A stretch of 64,000 nt of DNA from a virus. Positions 23,078 to 32,186 of the stretch are shown piece after piece. The notes under the pieces were generated by a model. That model worked only from the letters and a program-made list of their open reading frames with translations. It made no database searches and was not told the DNA's origin. How positions within the stretch are numbered: the first letter of the stretch is position 1; each line of letters starts with the position of its first letter. Position numbers and translations under genes: made by a program. Location: the IMG/VR virus record IMGVR_UViG_3300044816_000011, positions 4,154 through 68,153 of that record. One strand, 5' to 3'.

Positions 23078-25201
23078 GTGCCGCATGCCTCCCTAAAACT
23101 CGTCCCCGGTGTCGATACCACAGAAACCCCAGCGCTCAACGAAAACTCAGGCGTCTCGAAGTCAAACTTGGTCCGCTTCTTCTTCGATCGCAATGGCCTG
23201 GGACTTCTGCAAAAACTCGGCGGCTGGCAGAAATTTTTCCCTAATCCAATGGTCGCCATCGTCCGGGCTCTATGGGCATGGGAGGATCTCAATCTAAATT
23301 CGCATCTCGCGCTCGGCACGCAGACCATACCCGCGACGACGACATCGCAACTAGCGGTCATCACGAACGGCGTACTACAGGATATATCGCCGACCTCCGC
23401 AACCGACGATATCGCGGCCGTAATATCGACACAGGCCGGTAACTACTCGGTACTCGTCACCGATAACACAATCACGGGAATCACGAATTACGACTCTGTA
23501 TACATTGCGACTCAGATAAGCATTGGTGGTCTGATTTTGTTCGGCCTCTATCAAGCGGCGCCTGACGCGATCCTGGCAGTAAATGGTTACACCATTTATT
23601 CCAGGGATAAGCTCGGCAATTATCTGCCTGCGACGACGACGGATTCTCTGCCCATACTCGCCTCATTCACGACTGTCGGTCCGCTGGGACCAATCGGCGG
23701 CTCGACGACGGTCACCGTGACACTACCGAACTACAACTACGCAGTCGGCGAGACGTTTCCGGTACTTGTACCGACCAATGTCGGCGGGATCACTTTCTAC
23801 GGCAATTACGTAGTGCAGTCGATCATCGATGTCAACAATTTTACGATCATCGCGAATACGCCAGCGACCTCATCGGCGACAGGCACGATGAATGGCGGCT
23901 TAGCGAGGTTCATTTACAGTTTTGGTAAGGGAGCTATTCCCTCAGGCACTGGCTATGGCATCGGACCCTATGGCTCAGGTGGCTACGGTACGGGAACCGG
24001 GATTATCCCCTATGCGAATATTGCGCCCGCTATCAACGCCATCGACTGGACGCTCGATAATTGGGGCGAGATTCTCATTGCCTGTGCGATTCAGCCTATT
24101 GGGACTGTGACCCCGTTTCAACCGGTATATCAATGGGATCCTGGTCAGCCGACAGCAACAATCATCGATGCTGCGCCACCGGTCAACGATGGCATCTTCG
24201 TCGCCATGCCACAGCGGCAAATCGTCGCATGGGGATCGACGCAGACCGGTATCCAAGACCCACTGCTAATTCGCTGGTGTGATGTCGGGAACTACAATTC
24301 GTGGGTCGGAACCGTCACGAACCAGGCGGGATCGTATCGGATACCGAAGGGATCAAAAATTGTCGGTTGCGCCCAGGGGCCTCAACAGGCCGTGATATGG
24401 ACCGATATTGACGTATGGACCATGCAATATATTGGGCCGCCATACGTTTACTCGTTCAATGAAATCGGTACGGGATGCGGTCTCATCGGGCGCAAAGCAG
24501 CAGCATCGGTGAATGGGACCTATTACTGGATGGGACCATCTCAGTTCTACATGCTTGGAAGTTCAGGTGTACAACCCGTTGCATGCCCGGTGTGGGATAT
24601 CGTATTTCAGAACATCGACACCGCGAACTTACAAAAAGTCCGCGTTGCCGTTAATTCGCGCTTCGGCGAGATCCAATGGTTCTATCCATCGCTGGCAGGC
24701 AGCGGAGAAGTCGATTCGTATGTGAAGTTCAATGTGTATCTGAATGTCTGGGACTACGGCTCACTATCTCGTTCAGCCTGGGTCGATCAGTCGGTATTAG
24801 GGCCACCGATTGGTGCAGACCCTGTGTCTCTGTATCTGTATCAGCATGAGACGTCTAATGATGCGGATGGAGCGCCGATGTTGAGTTCGTTTCAGACAGG
24901 GTACTATGCGGTGTCTGAAGGGGATACTAAGACGTTTATCGATTGGATCTGGCCTGATATGCGATGGGGATTTTATAACCAGTCCCAATTGGCGCAAGTT
25001 CAAATATCCTTTTTGTGTGCTGATTATCCAGGCGATACACCTACAGTGTTCGGACCGTACACGGTTACGCAAGCAACAGAATATTTCTATACCAGACTTC
25101 GCGCACGATTGGTTGCGGTGAAAATAGCAAGCAGCGATCTCGGTAGCTGGTGGAGAATTGGCGCAATGCGTTACCGTTACTCAATAGACGGTAAAATATG
25201 A
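23078..25201 (+). CDS. tail stabilisation/tubular protein B-like (P22 gp10-type position)
   Basis: KLGGW, W.LDNWGE, DPLLIRWCD, TNQAGS, YWMG, WDYG.L.R.AW.D motifs; 707 aa. Confidence 0.75.
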   Translation: MPHASLKLVPGVDTTETPALNENSGVSKSNLVRFFFDRNGLGLLQKLGGWQKFFPNPMVAIVRALWAWEDLNLNSHLALGTQTIPATTTSQLAVITNGVLQDISPTSATDDIAAVISTQAGNYSVLVTDNTITGITNYDSVYIATQISIGGLILFGLYQAAPDAILAVNGYTIYSRDKLGNYLPATTTDSLPILASFTTVGPLGPIGGSTTVTVTLPNYNYAVGETFPVLVPTNVGGITFYGNYVVQSIIDVNNFTIIANTPATSSATGTMNGGLARFIYSFGKGAIPSGTGYGIGPYGSGGYGTGTGIIPYANIAPAINAIDWTLDNWGEILIACAIQPIGTVTPFQPVYQWDPGQPTATIIDAAPPVNDGIFVAMPQRQIVAWGSTQTGIQDPLLIRWCDVGNYNSWVGTVTNQAGSYRIPKGSKIVGCAQGPQQAVIWTDIDVWTMQYIGPPYVYSFNEIGTGCGLIGRKAAASVNGTYYWMGPSQFYMLGSSGVQPVACPVWDIVFQNIDTANLQKVRVAVNSRFGEIQWFYPSLAGSGEVDSYVKFNVYLNVWDYGSLSRSAWVDQSVLGPPIGADPVSLYLYQHETSNDADGAPMLSSFQTGYYAVSEGDTKTFIDWIWPDMRWGFYNQSQLAQVQISFLCADYPGDTPTVFGPYTVTQATEYFYTRLRARLVAVKIASSDLGSWWRIGAMRYRYSIDGKI

Positions 25202-25716
25202 TTTCGGTAATGCGAAAATACTCCGTGCAATTTCTCGGAAGCCGCTTTGTACACCTTATGAGCGGCTTCTGCCGTGTCAAACATTCCGAGATAAATCTTC
25301 TTTCCGTCAACACGAATTTGAGAAGTCCATCTTCCTCCTGTCTTATGCCAATAAACTCCGCGAAAACCAGACTTATTAGTAATTGGGGTTTTCGTATTCT
25401 TCATATTCTGGCCTTGCGTAGATTCACGCAAATTAATCCATCTATTGTCGCCAGGATTTCTATTTATATGGTCAATTTGATTTTTTGGCCATTCGCCAGT
25501 TTGGAATGCCCAAATCAAGATGTGGGTTCGAATATGCTTATACCTAAAAACTACAACCTTGCGACCGCCTTCCTTCGGAGATGCACAACCAGCTTCATCG
25601 CCAGGTTTAACTTTCCTAGAATCTGTAACTTTCCATCGAAGAATACCGGTTGTCGGATTGTAGGAAAAGGATTTCCTAACTTCGGAAGGATCTATATCAA
25701 TAGGTTTTATTGGCAT
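25177..25716 (-). CDS. HNH homing endonuclease with AP2 domain
   Basis: YNPTTG, IDHINRNPGDNRWINLRE, NKSGFRGV, YLGMF.T.E.A motifs; inverted within the tail operon. Confidence 0.9.
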   Translation of the reverse strand: MPIKPIDIDPSEVRKSFSYNPTTGILRWKVTDSRKVKPGDEAGCASPKEGGRKVVVFRYKHIRTHILIWAFQTGEWPKNQIDHINRNPGDNRWINLRESTQGQNMKNTKTPITNKSGFRGVYWHKTGGRWTSQIRVDGKKIYLGMFDTAEAAHKVYKAASEKLHGVFSHYRNHILPSIE

Positions 25717-25766
25717 ACGCGCATTCTAATGTTTCCTTCTGCCAACTGCAATACTGGGAACATGTA

Positions 25767-26111
25767 ATGTCAGCCAGTACCAGCGACGTCCTCTCGGCTA
25801 TAAAAAACATCGTCACCGCGCTAGCCACGGCGACACAAACATATCTCAACGTCAACGGAACGCTGAACGCCGCGAATATTGGCACACCGACCGTCATCAA
25901 AACAGAAGCCGGACGCCTCGCACGAATCAGCGTAATCGCCGCAGGCACCGCGCCCGGTATTATCTACGACGGTGCGACACTCACAGCAACCACGAAGCCG
26001 CTCGGCGTGATACCGAATACAGTAGGGGTATTTACGGTGAATCTGGCGACGTCGTTCGGACTGCTCGTCGTACCTGGATCTGGTCAGGTTGTGACAGTAG
26101 GATATTCATGA
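25767..26111 (+). CDS. virion-associated hypothetical protein
   Basis: Resumes the + strand operon after the HNH; G.IYD...G..VVPG.GQ pattern. Confidence 0.55.
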   Translation: MSASTSDVLSAIKNIVTALATATQTYLNVNGTLNAANIGTPTVIKTEAGRLARISVIAAGTAPGIIYDGATLTATTKPLGVIPNTVGVFTVNLATSFGLLVVPGSGQVVTVGYS

Positions 26112-26272
26112 GCGAAGAAAGTAACAATCTATTGAAGGCGATGAAGTTACTTATGAAATGTAACAAATGCTCCAATCTTCTAAGATCAATTGGATATGCA
26201 GAGGATGAGTATGGTCCACATGAGCAATTCGTTTGTGATTTTTGTAATCCGCCAAAAATGTCGGTGATGTAA
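26108..26272 (+). CDS. small zinc-ribbon protein (54 aa)
   Basis: ATGA and TAATG coupling on both sides; CNKC...CDFC; AT-rich. Confidence 0.5.
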   Translation: MSEESNNLLKAMKLLMKCNKCSNLLRSIGYAEDEYGPHEQFVCDFCNPPKMSVM

Positions 26273-27222
26273 TGCCACTCGCACCCGGCAAGATCAACAT
26301 CGGATCTAACATACGCGAGATGCAAAGCGCAGGCCATCCGCATGATCAGGCGGTAGCGGCGGCACTGAATGTCGCGCGTAGGCATCGAGATAGCGGCGGA
26401 CAGGTCACTAAGCACCATACGGGGCCGATTCATTCGAGTGTGGCGGGGAGGACGGATCACCTACCTCTTACTGTGCCCAGCGGGTCGTACGTAATTCCAG
26501 CAGATATCGTTTCTGGAATGGGCGAAGGGAACACGATAGCCGGGTTCAAGCACCTCAGGCGTATGTTCGGCGGACAGCCCTATAGTGGTGATAAATCGCC
26601 ATATGGCCAGTCTAGCGGACCCTACGGAATGGCGACTGGTGGCAAAGTAAAGCATCGCGCAGCCGGTATCTTATTTGTCACGCCAGAAGACAAGATCCTG
26701 CTAATGCGACGCGCTGGTAAAGATCATGTCGGCGAATGGGCATTACCAGCTGGTGGAATAGAAAAAGGCGAAACACCAGAACAAGCTGCTCGACGCGAGA
26801 CTGAAGAAGAAGCCGGATACAAGTACGATGGAAAACTTGAACATTTAATGAAGACTGGCGGTAGTGGAGTTGACTTCACGACATTTACCGCTCACTCGAA
26901 AGAGTTCGATCCGAAACTCAATAATGAACACGATGGATACGTCTGGATCACTCCGGACGAAGCAAAAAATGAACTACCGTTACATCCCGGCGTGCGTACC
27001 GCCCTAAGCCGATTTAGAGCATCTAAAGCCCACGGCGGATCGTCTAGCGGTGTTACCATCGTCGCAGCGGGCGGCGAGCACGTGCTATCACCCGACCAAG
27101 TCCGCATGGCTGGTGACGGCGATCTCGACACGGGGCATAAGGTGCTTGATGAGTTTGTGAAACGCATGCGTAAGGAACTCGTGAAGACGTTGCAGAAATT
27201 GCCAGGACCGAAGAAGGATTGA
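26272..27222 (+). CDS. putative internal virion protein carrying an inserted Nudix hydrolase domain
   Basis: Full Nudix box GGIEKGETPEQAARRETEEEAGY plus LNNEHDGYVW; flanked by GRTDHLP..VPSGSYVIPAD and AAGGEHV segments. Confidence 0.8.
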   Translation: MPLAPGKINIGSNIREMQSAGHPHDQAVAAALNVARRHRDSGGQVTKHHTGPIHSSVAGRTDHLPLTVPSGSYVIPADIVSGMGEGNTIAGFKHLRRMFGGQPYSGDKSPYGQSSGPYGMATGGKVKHRAAGILFVTPEDKILLMRRAGKDHVGEWALPAGGIEKGETPEQAARRETEEEAGYKYDGKLEHLMKTGGSGVDFTTFTAHSKEFDPKLNNEHDGYVWITPDEAKNELPLHPGVRTALSRFRASKAHGGSSSGVTIVAAGGEHVLSPDQVRMAGDGDLDTGHKVLDEFVKRMRKELVKTLQKLPGPKKD

Positions 27223-27223
27223 T

Positions 27224-27538
27224 ATGACTGGATGGATTGCACCATTTCTCAAGAGTCACGGCATCACCTCCGAAATTGGCCCTTGCTCGGCACGCGATCA
27301 GCATGGCAACGAATATGAATTGCTGGTCGTTCCCTTTGCTGGCAGTGAGTCGGCGGGCCATAAGTTGTATAAGGCTGAACTCGAGGCATTCATGCAAGGC
27401 CACGTACACATTATTTGGCGTTGGGAGCCACAAGTCGAAAGTGCTTCGATATATCTAAATAAATTGCATACCAGGGCCGCTCGTTGGGAGGCCCGTAGAA
27501 TCTACTCGCGCCTCAGTAGATACCCGGAGCGACCGTGA
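27224..27538 (+). CDS. hypothetical protein
   Basis: Fills the gap; AAGGA RBS; GTGA coupling to the next gene. Confidence 0.45.
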   Translation: MTGWIAPFLKSHGITSEIGPCSARDQHGNEYELLVVPFAGSESAGHKLYKAELEAFMQGHVHIIWRWEPQVESASIYLNKLHTRAARWEARRIYSRLSRYPERP

Positions 27539-28026
27539 CCGACGATTCCCTAGAAATCCGCCTCGCCACAACCGCCGATATGGCCGAGGTAATGAAACTC
27601 GCGATCACGGCTTGCGAGGAGAATGGATTTCTAAATGCGAGTGCGGAATTGCTCGCACGCGAGATATGGCCAGCTTTGATCCAAGATCACGGACTATGTC
27701 CCGTAATTGGCCAAAAAGGTGGCGCAATTGAGGGCCTTGCACTCCTCAGAATAGGTGCGATGTGGTATAGCCATACAACTGTAGTCGAAGAAAAGGCCAT
27801 TTTCGTGTATCCAGAATTCAGATCAGCCAAGGGCGGTCGAGCACGACGATTGTGTGAATACAGCAAACACGTCGCCGACAGTTTAGGCATACCATTATTG
27901 ATCGGCATCTTGAGCAATACCCGCACTGAGGCGAAGGTCCGCATGTACAAAAAGATATTTGGTGAACCAGCCGGGGCGTTTTTCCTATACGGAGCACGCG
28001 CGGTTCCAGGACATGAGGTAATTTAG
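27535..28026 (+). CDS. GNAT-fold acetyltransferase-like protein preceding the ejection genes
   Basis: IRLATTAD N-terminus and FVYPEFR..GG.A..L motif A. Confidence 0.65.
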   Translation: MTDDSLEIRLATTADMAEVMKLAITACEENGFLNASAELLAREIWPALIQDHGLCPVIGQKGGAIEGLALLRIGAMWYSHTTVVEEKAIFVYPEFRSAKGGRARRLCEYSKHVADSLGIPLLIGILSNTRTEAKVRMYKKIFGEPAGAFFLYGARAVPGHEVI

Positions 28027-28028
28027 CC

Positions 28029-31000
28029 GTGGGCGGAAAGACAGCAACTAGCACTCAAGCGGTTTCTATCCCGCCTGAAGTCCTAGCTAATTACCAATCT
28101 GTCAACGCGCAAGCTCAGCAAACCGCTGCTACGCCGTTTCAGCAGTACAGTGGAGAATTCGTCGCACCCGTCAACGCGCAGCAATCCGCTGGCATCGCCG
28201 GCACCAACGCCGCTGCTACCCAAGCGCAGCCAGGATATACCGCCGCGCAGAACACTCTTAGCAATGCGCAGGCCGGTACGACAGGGGTCAACAATGCCGC
28301 CGAAGGCTTGGCAGCGGCGAGTGCCGGACAGGTAAACGCATCGCCGATCACGGGCCAGCAGATCAATCAGTATTTGTCGCCGTACCTATCAGACGTGATG
28401 GGTAGCACGTCCGCGCTATTGAACCAGAATAATCAGCAACAGCAAGCCGGGCAGATGGGAACTGCTATTCAGTCCGGTGCATTCGGTGGCGATAGATCCG
28501 GTATTGCAGCGGCTAATCTATCGCAACAGCAGAACCTATCGAACGCGAACATTTACAGTGGCATCGCGAATACTGGTTATAACAACGCGCTCGCGACTGC
28601 TCAGCAGCAGCAGGGCGTTAACTTGAGCGCTGGACAAGCGAACCGCGCCGCGCTGGGAAGTGCCGCCACTAATCTCGCAGGCATCGGCCAAACTGCCTAC
28701 GGCGAGGGTGCAAATACTGCATCTGAGCAAGGCGCGTTGGCGAGTGGTGCGCAGACCGCAGGATTACAAGGTGCAAACGCGCAGATTGCAGCGGGCACTG
28801 TCCAGCAACAGACGCAACAGGCGCAGGATACGGCTCAGTACAATCAATTCTTGCAGCAGCAGAGTTATCCATTCCAGGTAGACCAGTTCCTGGCCGGGAT
28901 AGCCGAGGGCACGGGTGCTCTCTCCGGTTCCACCACAACCACCCAACAACCTGGCGGATTCTTCTCCGACGAGCGATTGAAGTCCGACAAAAAACCTATC
29001 GGTAAGACGTTCGATGGTCAGACGATTTACAGTTACAAAATGCACGGCGATCCGCGCACGCAGATTGGCTTGATGGCGCAGGACGTCGAGCGCAAGCACC
29101 CGGAAGCAGTGGGACTCGCGGCGGGTTACAAAACGGTCGATTACGATAAGGCGACGAAAGAAGCAGCGAACGACGGCAAGTTCGCATCGGGTGGCGTTGC
29201 CGGACGGCGCATTGCGTATGCGAGTGGTGGCGGCGATCCGTCCGATATGAGCGATATTTTGGCGGCTCAGCAGCGGATGTATCAACAACAGCATCAAAAT
29301 AGGAACATACCGAACCAAGGTGGTGGTAGCCATCAATTGACAGTTGCAAGTGGATCACCCAATGCAGGGCCGTCAGGTTCCAGCAAGGTGTCGCAGTCGA
29401 TTGGACTGGGGCAGAAGGGCTATCAGGCGTACAAGCACTTTAACCCGTCGACGCCGAGCACCACTGGGCTTGGCTCGGCGGGCAGCGATCCACAGTATCT
29501 GAATGCGGCGCAAGGTTCTCTGGATTCCGCGGGTACAGGGACATCCGCCGACGTCGGCGCGGCCAATGCAACGGGTCTTGCGACGCCTGCGGCTGAATCT
29601 GGGGCGGAGATCGCCGCGCCGGCTGCTGCGGATACGGCTGGAGCTGCTGGTCTGGGCGCCGCTGGGGCAGCCGAAGGCGCTGGCGCTGCCGGGGCTGGTG
29701 CAGCTGGCGCTGGTGCAGGTGCTGGAGCGGGGGCCGGGGCTGCTGCTGGAGCGGGGGCCGGGGCTGCTGCTGGAAGCGCCGCTGTTGCTGCTGCGCCTGT
29801 TCTTATCACGGATGCCGCCGCCGCTGCGGCTGCCGAAGCGGCTGCTGTTGCGGCTGTCGCCGCTGCCGCTGCCGCCAAACGGGGCGGTCGAATAAACAAG
29901 AAATTCGCGCAAGGCGGCACGCCATACGAGAGCGGTTCGGAAGGAACTCCTTATGCGACCTCGGATGGGCAGATATCCATACCGGATACCGAGAATACCG
30001 AGAAACTACAAACCGCCGGCCCACTCAAGAAGCAGCCGACTGGATTGCAGACGATAATGACATTGGGCACTGAGGAAGGTGCTAGCAATGCGGCTGGTAG
30101 TGTTTTCAGCAATACGGCATACGCTCAAGGCGGCTTGGCGGGACGTCGCGGCTATGACGATGGCGGCGAGGTCGATACGTTGCCTGAATCGGTAGTTGAA
30201 GGCGTAGCCCCTGACGACCGCATCAAATACAAGGACGGCGTCGGATTGGGATCGCTCGCACCGACGATGGCGGATGCGCCTGATAGGCCAACATTGCCGG
30301 ATACTGAAGGCGTAGCGCCTGCGAAGTCTGAGACGAAATCAATCGACAAAAACGGCCCGTCGTGGTGGGATCGCAATAAGGGCAACGTGATACCCGCGAT
30401 CCAGGGCTTGGCTGCAATGGGCACGGCGCCCACACGGTCGTGGGGAACGGCGCTAGCGGCTGGGCTTGGGGCTGGGGCAAATTCGTATGTGCCGACGCAG
30501 GAAGGACTAGCGACTGCGAATCTGACGCAGCAGAAGGCGCAAGCTGCCAATATCGCCAATCAGAGTTCGCAGATATCGCTGGATCAATATAAGCAGGCGG
30601 TTAATTCGCCGCCGTCGATGCCGAAGCCAGTTCGACCGTCGAGCATGGCTCAAGGCTCGCCGGATGATCCTCAGGAGATGGCATTCAGTCGATACGCTCC
30701 TGTCCCGACAGCGCCGCCCCCGGAAGTTACGCAGAAACAGGTCGCTTTGACCTACGGCGGGAAATCTGATGCCGCTAAAGCTATCGGCGATCAATACACG
30801 AGTTCGGTGGCAGGCGAGAATCAGAATCGCCAGTTGAAGGCCAATGCGGACTATCAGAACTATGCCTCAGCGGCTAATGCAGACCCAAGCAAAGCATATG
30901 CAAAACTGGCAAAAATCGATCCCGCAAAGGCATCGCAACTGGCTCAGAATACCGATCCAGCGCAGTTAGATGCGGCAGCGCGAGATTATGCGCAGAAAAT

Positions 31001-32186
31001 GGCGCTGGCTTCGCACCAGTATTCTGGGCGTCCAACCGACATGAAGAATGGCGTGATGATTGATACGCATACGAATCAGCAGGTCGCAGGCTCGCAGCAG
31101 ATAATGACGGGCATTTCGCAAGAGAGTTTGCAGTCCCTATGGAATTCAGGACTGGAACCGGTGACGCTTGGCAATGGGCTGCCAGGATTGAAATACCAAG
31201 AGGTTGGATATCACACCAACGAGCAATATTTCAATGCGGCCCGAGCAGCGGCGCTAAAGCCAAACTCTCAGGTTGCGCAGACTCCGCAGGCTGGCGCGAG
31301 TCCGCCATCTCCCACAGCGGGGGCAATGCAGCCTGCGCGCGCGGCGACGACTGCACCAAGCCAGACGATGCCAATTCAGCAGGGTAGTGCCCAATCACCA
31401 GCGTCGGCGAATTCTCCTTATATTCCGCTCCCGGGCGTGCGTACTGCAACCGGGCAACCGGCCATGATCCCCAAGAATGCGCCGCCAGAATTGCAAAAGG
31501 CCCTTGCCGATCCTGACTATCGATTAGCACCACTGCCGCCCGTAGTAGATCAGACAAGTCAGAAACAAGCCGCAGAACAACAGGGAATAAACGCCAAGAA
31601 CGCTAACGACCTGAAGCATGCTGGCAGCGAAGTGGCCTCGGCTTCTCAGCGTGCCCTACAAAACTTCAAGGCTGCTAAGGCGATATTAGATGCTCCATCT
31701 ACTGGCCCGATCACCGGTCAGCGCGGCGCACTCATGCAAACGTTGTCGCAATACGGATTCACTAGCGACACGGCGGATAATCGCGCTGAAGTTGTGAAGT
31801 ATTTGACCAATGGTGCCTTGGGCGGACTGAAGTCTACCTACGGCGCGGCTCCTGCGATGTTCGATGTAAAGGTGAACTTGGAACAGGCGTTCCCCGACGT
31901 TAAAACGCAGGGCATCGGAGCGGTCAAGGATCTCGTTAACGCCAACATTAACGCGTCCAGTTATGACATGTTTACCGCCCAGAAAATACCGCACTACATC
32001 AATGCAGGATTGGACCCTGCCAGTTTCAATACCTGGAATGGGACGCACTTTGATCGCGCTGCGGGAGTCAACGCCGTGCGTCCTGGGCAGCAGGCGAGCG
32101 GCGCACGCACGGTTGTACGCACTGGCACTATGAATGGACGAAAGGTAGTCCAGTACTCAGATGGGACGACCGGTTATGCCGATTGA
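28029..32186 (+). CDS. large DNA ejection/internal virion protein with an internal peptidase S74 (intramolecular chaperone) domain
   Basis: MGGK start; Q/A-rich N-region with YLSPY and GAFGG.R; FSDERLK...IGLMAQDVE..HPEAV...VDY at about 28960-29150; A/G-rich hydrophobic stretch. Confidence 0.8.
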   Translation: MGGKTATSTQAVSIPPEVLANYQSVNAQAQQTAATPFQQYSGEFVAPVNAQQSAGIAGTNAAATQAQPGYTAAQNTLSNAQAGTTGVNNAAEGLAAASAGQVNASPITGQQINQYLSPYLSDVMGSTSALLNQNNQQQQAGQMGTAIQSGAFGGDRSGIAAANLSQQQNLSNANIYSGIANTGYNNALATAQQQQGVNLSAGQANRAALGSAATNLAGIGQTAYGEGANTASEQGALASGAQTAGLQGANAQIAAGTVQQQTQQAQDTAQYNQFLQQQSYPFQVDQFLAGIAEGTGALSGSTTTTQQPGGFFSDERLKSDKKPIGKTFDGQTIYSYKMHGDPRTQIGLMAQDVERKHPEAVGLAAGYKTVDYDKATKEAANDGKFASGGVAGRRIAYASGGGDPSDMSDILAAQQRMYQQQHQNRNIPNQGGGSHQLTVASGSPNAGPSGSSKVSQSIGLGQKGYQAYKHFNPSTPSTTGLGSAGSDPQYLNAAQGSLDSAGTGTSADVGAANATGLATPAAESGAEIAAPAAADTAGAAGLGAAGAAEGAGAAGAGAAGAGAGAGAGAGAAAGAGAGAAAGSAAVAAAPVLITDAAAAAAAEAAAVAAVAAAAAAKRGGRINKKFAQGGTPYESGSEGTPYATSDGQISIPDTENTEKLQTAGPLKKQPTGLQTIMTLGTEEGASNAAGSVFSNTAYAQGGLAGRRGYDDGGEVDTLPESVVEGVAPDDRIKYKDGVGLGSLAPTMADAPDRPTLPDTEGVAPAKSETKSIDKNGPSWWDRNKGNVIPAIQGLAAMGTAPTRSWGTALAAGLGAGANSYVPTQEGLATANLTQQKAQAANIANQSSQISLDQYKQAVNSPPSMPKPVRPSSMAQGSPDDPQEMAFSRYAPVPTAPPPEVTQKQVALTYGGKSDAAKAIGDQYTSSVAGENQNRQLKANADYQNYASAANADPSKAYAKLAKIDPAKASQLAQNTDPAQLDAAARDYAQKMALASHQYSGRPTDMKNGVMIDTHTNQQVAGSQQIMTGISQESLQSLWNSGLEPVTLGNGLPGLKYQEVGYHTNEQYFNAARAAALKPNSQVAQTPQAGASPPSPTAGAMQPARAATTAPSQTMPIQQGSAQSPASANSPYIPLPGVRTATGQPAMIPKNAPPELQKALADPDYRLAPLPPVVDQTSQKQAAEQQGINAKNANDLKHAGSEVASASQRALQNFKAAKAILDAPSTGPITGQRGALMQTLSQYGFTSDTADNRAEVVKYLTNGALGGLKSTYGAAPAMFDVKVNLEQAFPDVKTQGIGAVKDLVNANINASSYDMFTAQKIPHYINAGLDPASFNTWNGTHFDRAAGVNAVRPGQQASGARTVVRTGTMNGRKVVQYSDGTTGYAD

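Noticed and set aside
25198-25767. + strand 189-aa ORF bridging the tail operon
   Set aside because: Antisense shadow of the HNH-AP2 gene, which has clear motifs; the + product has none
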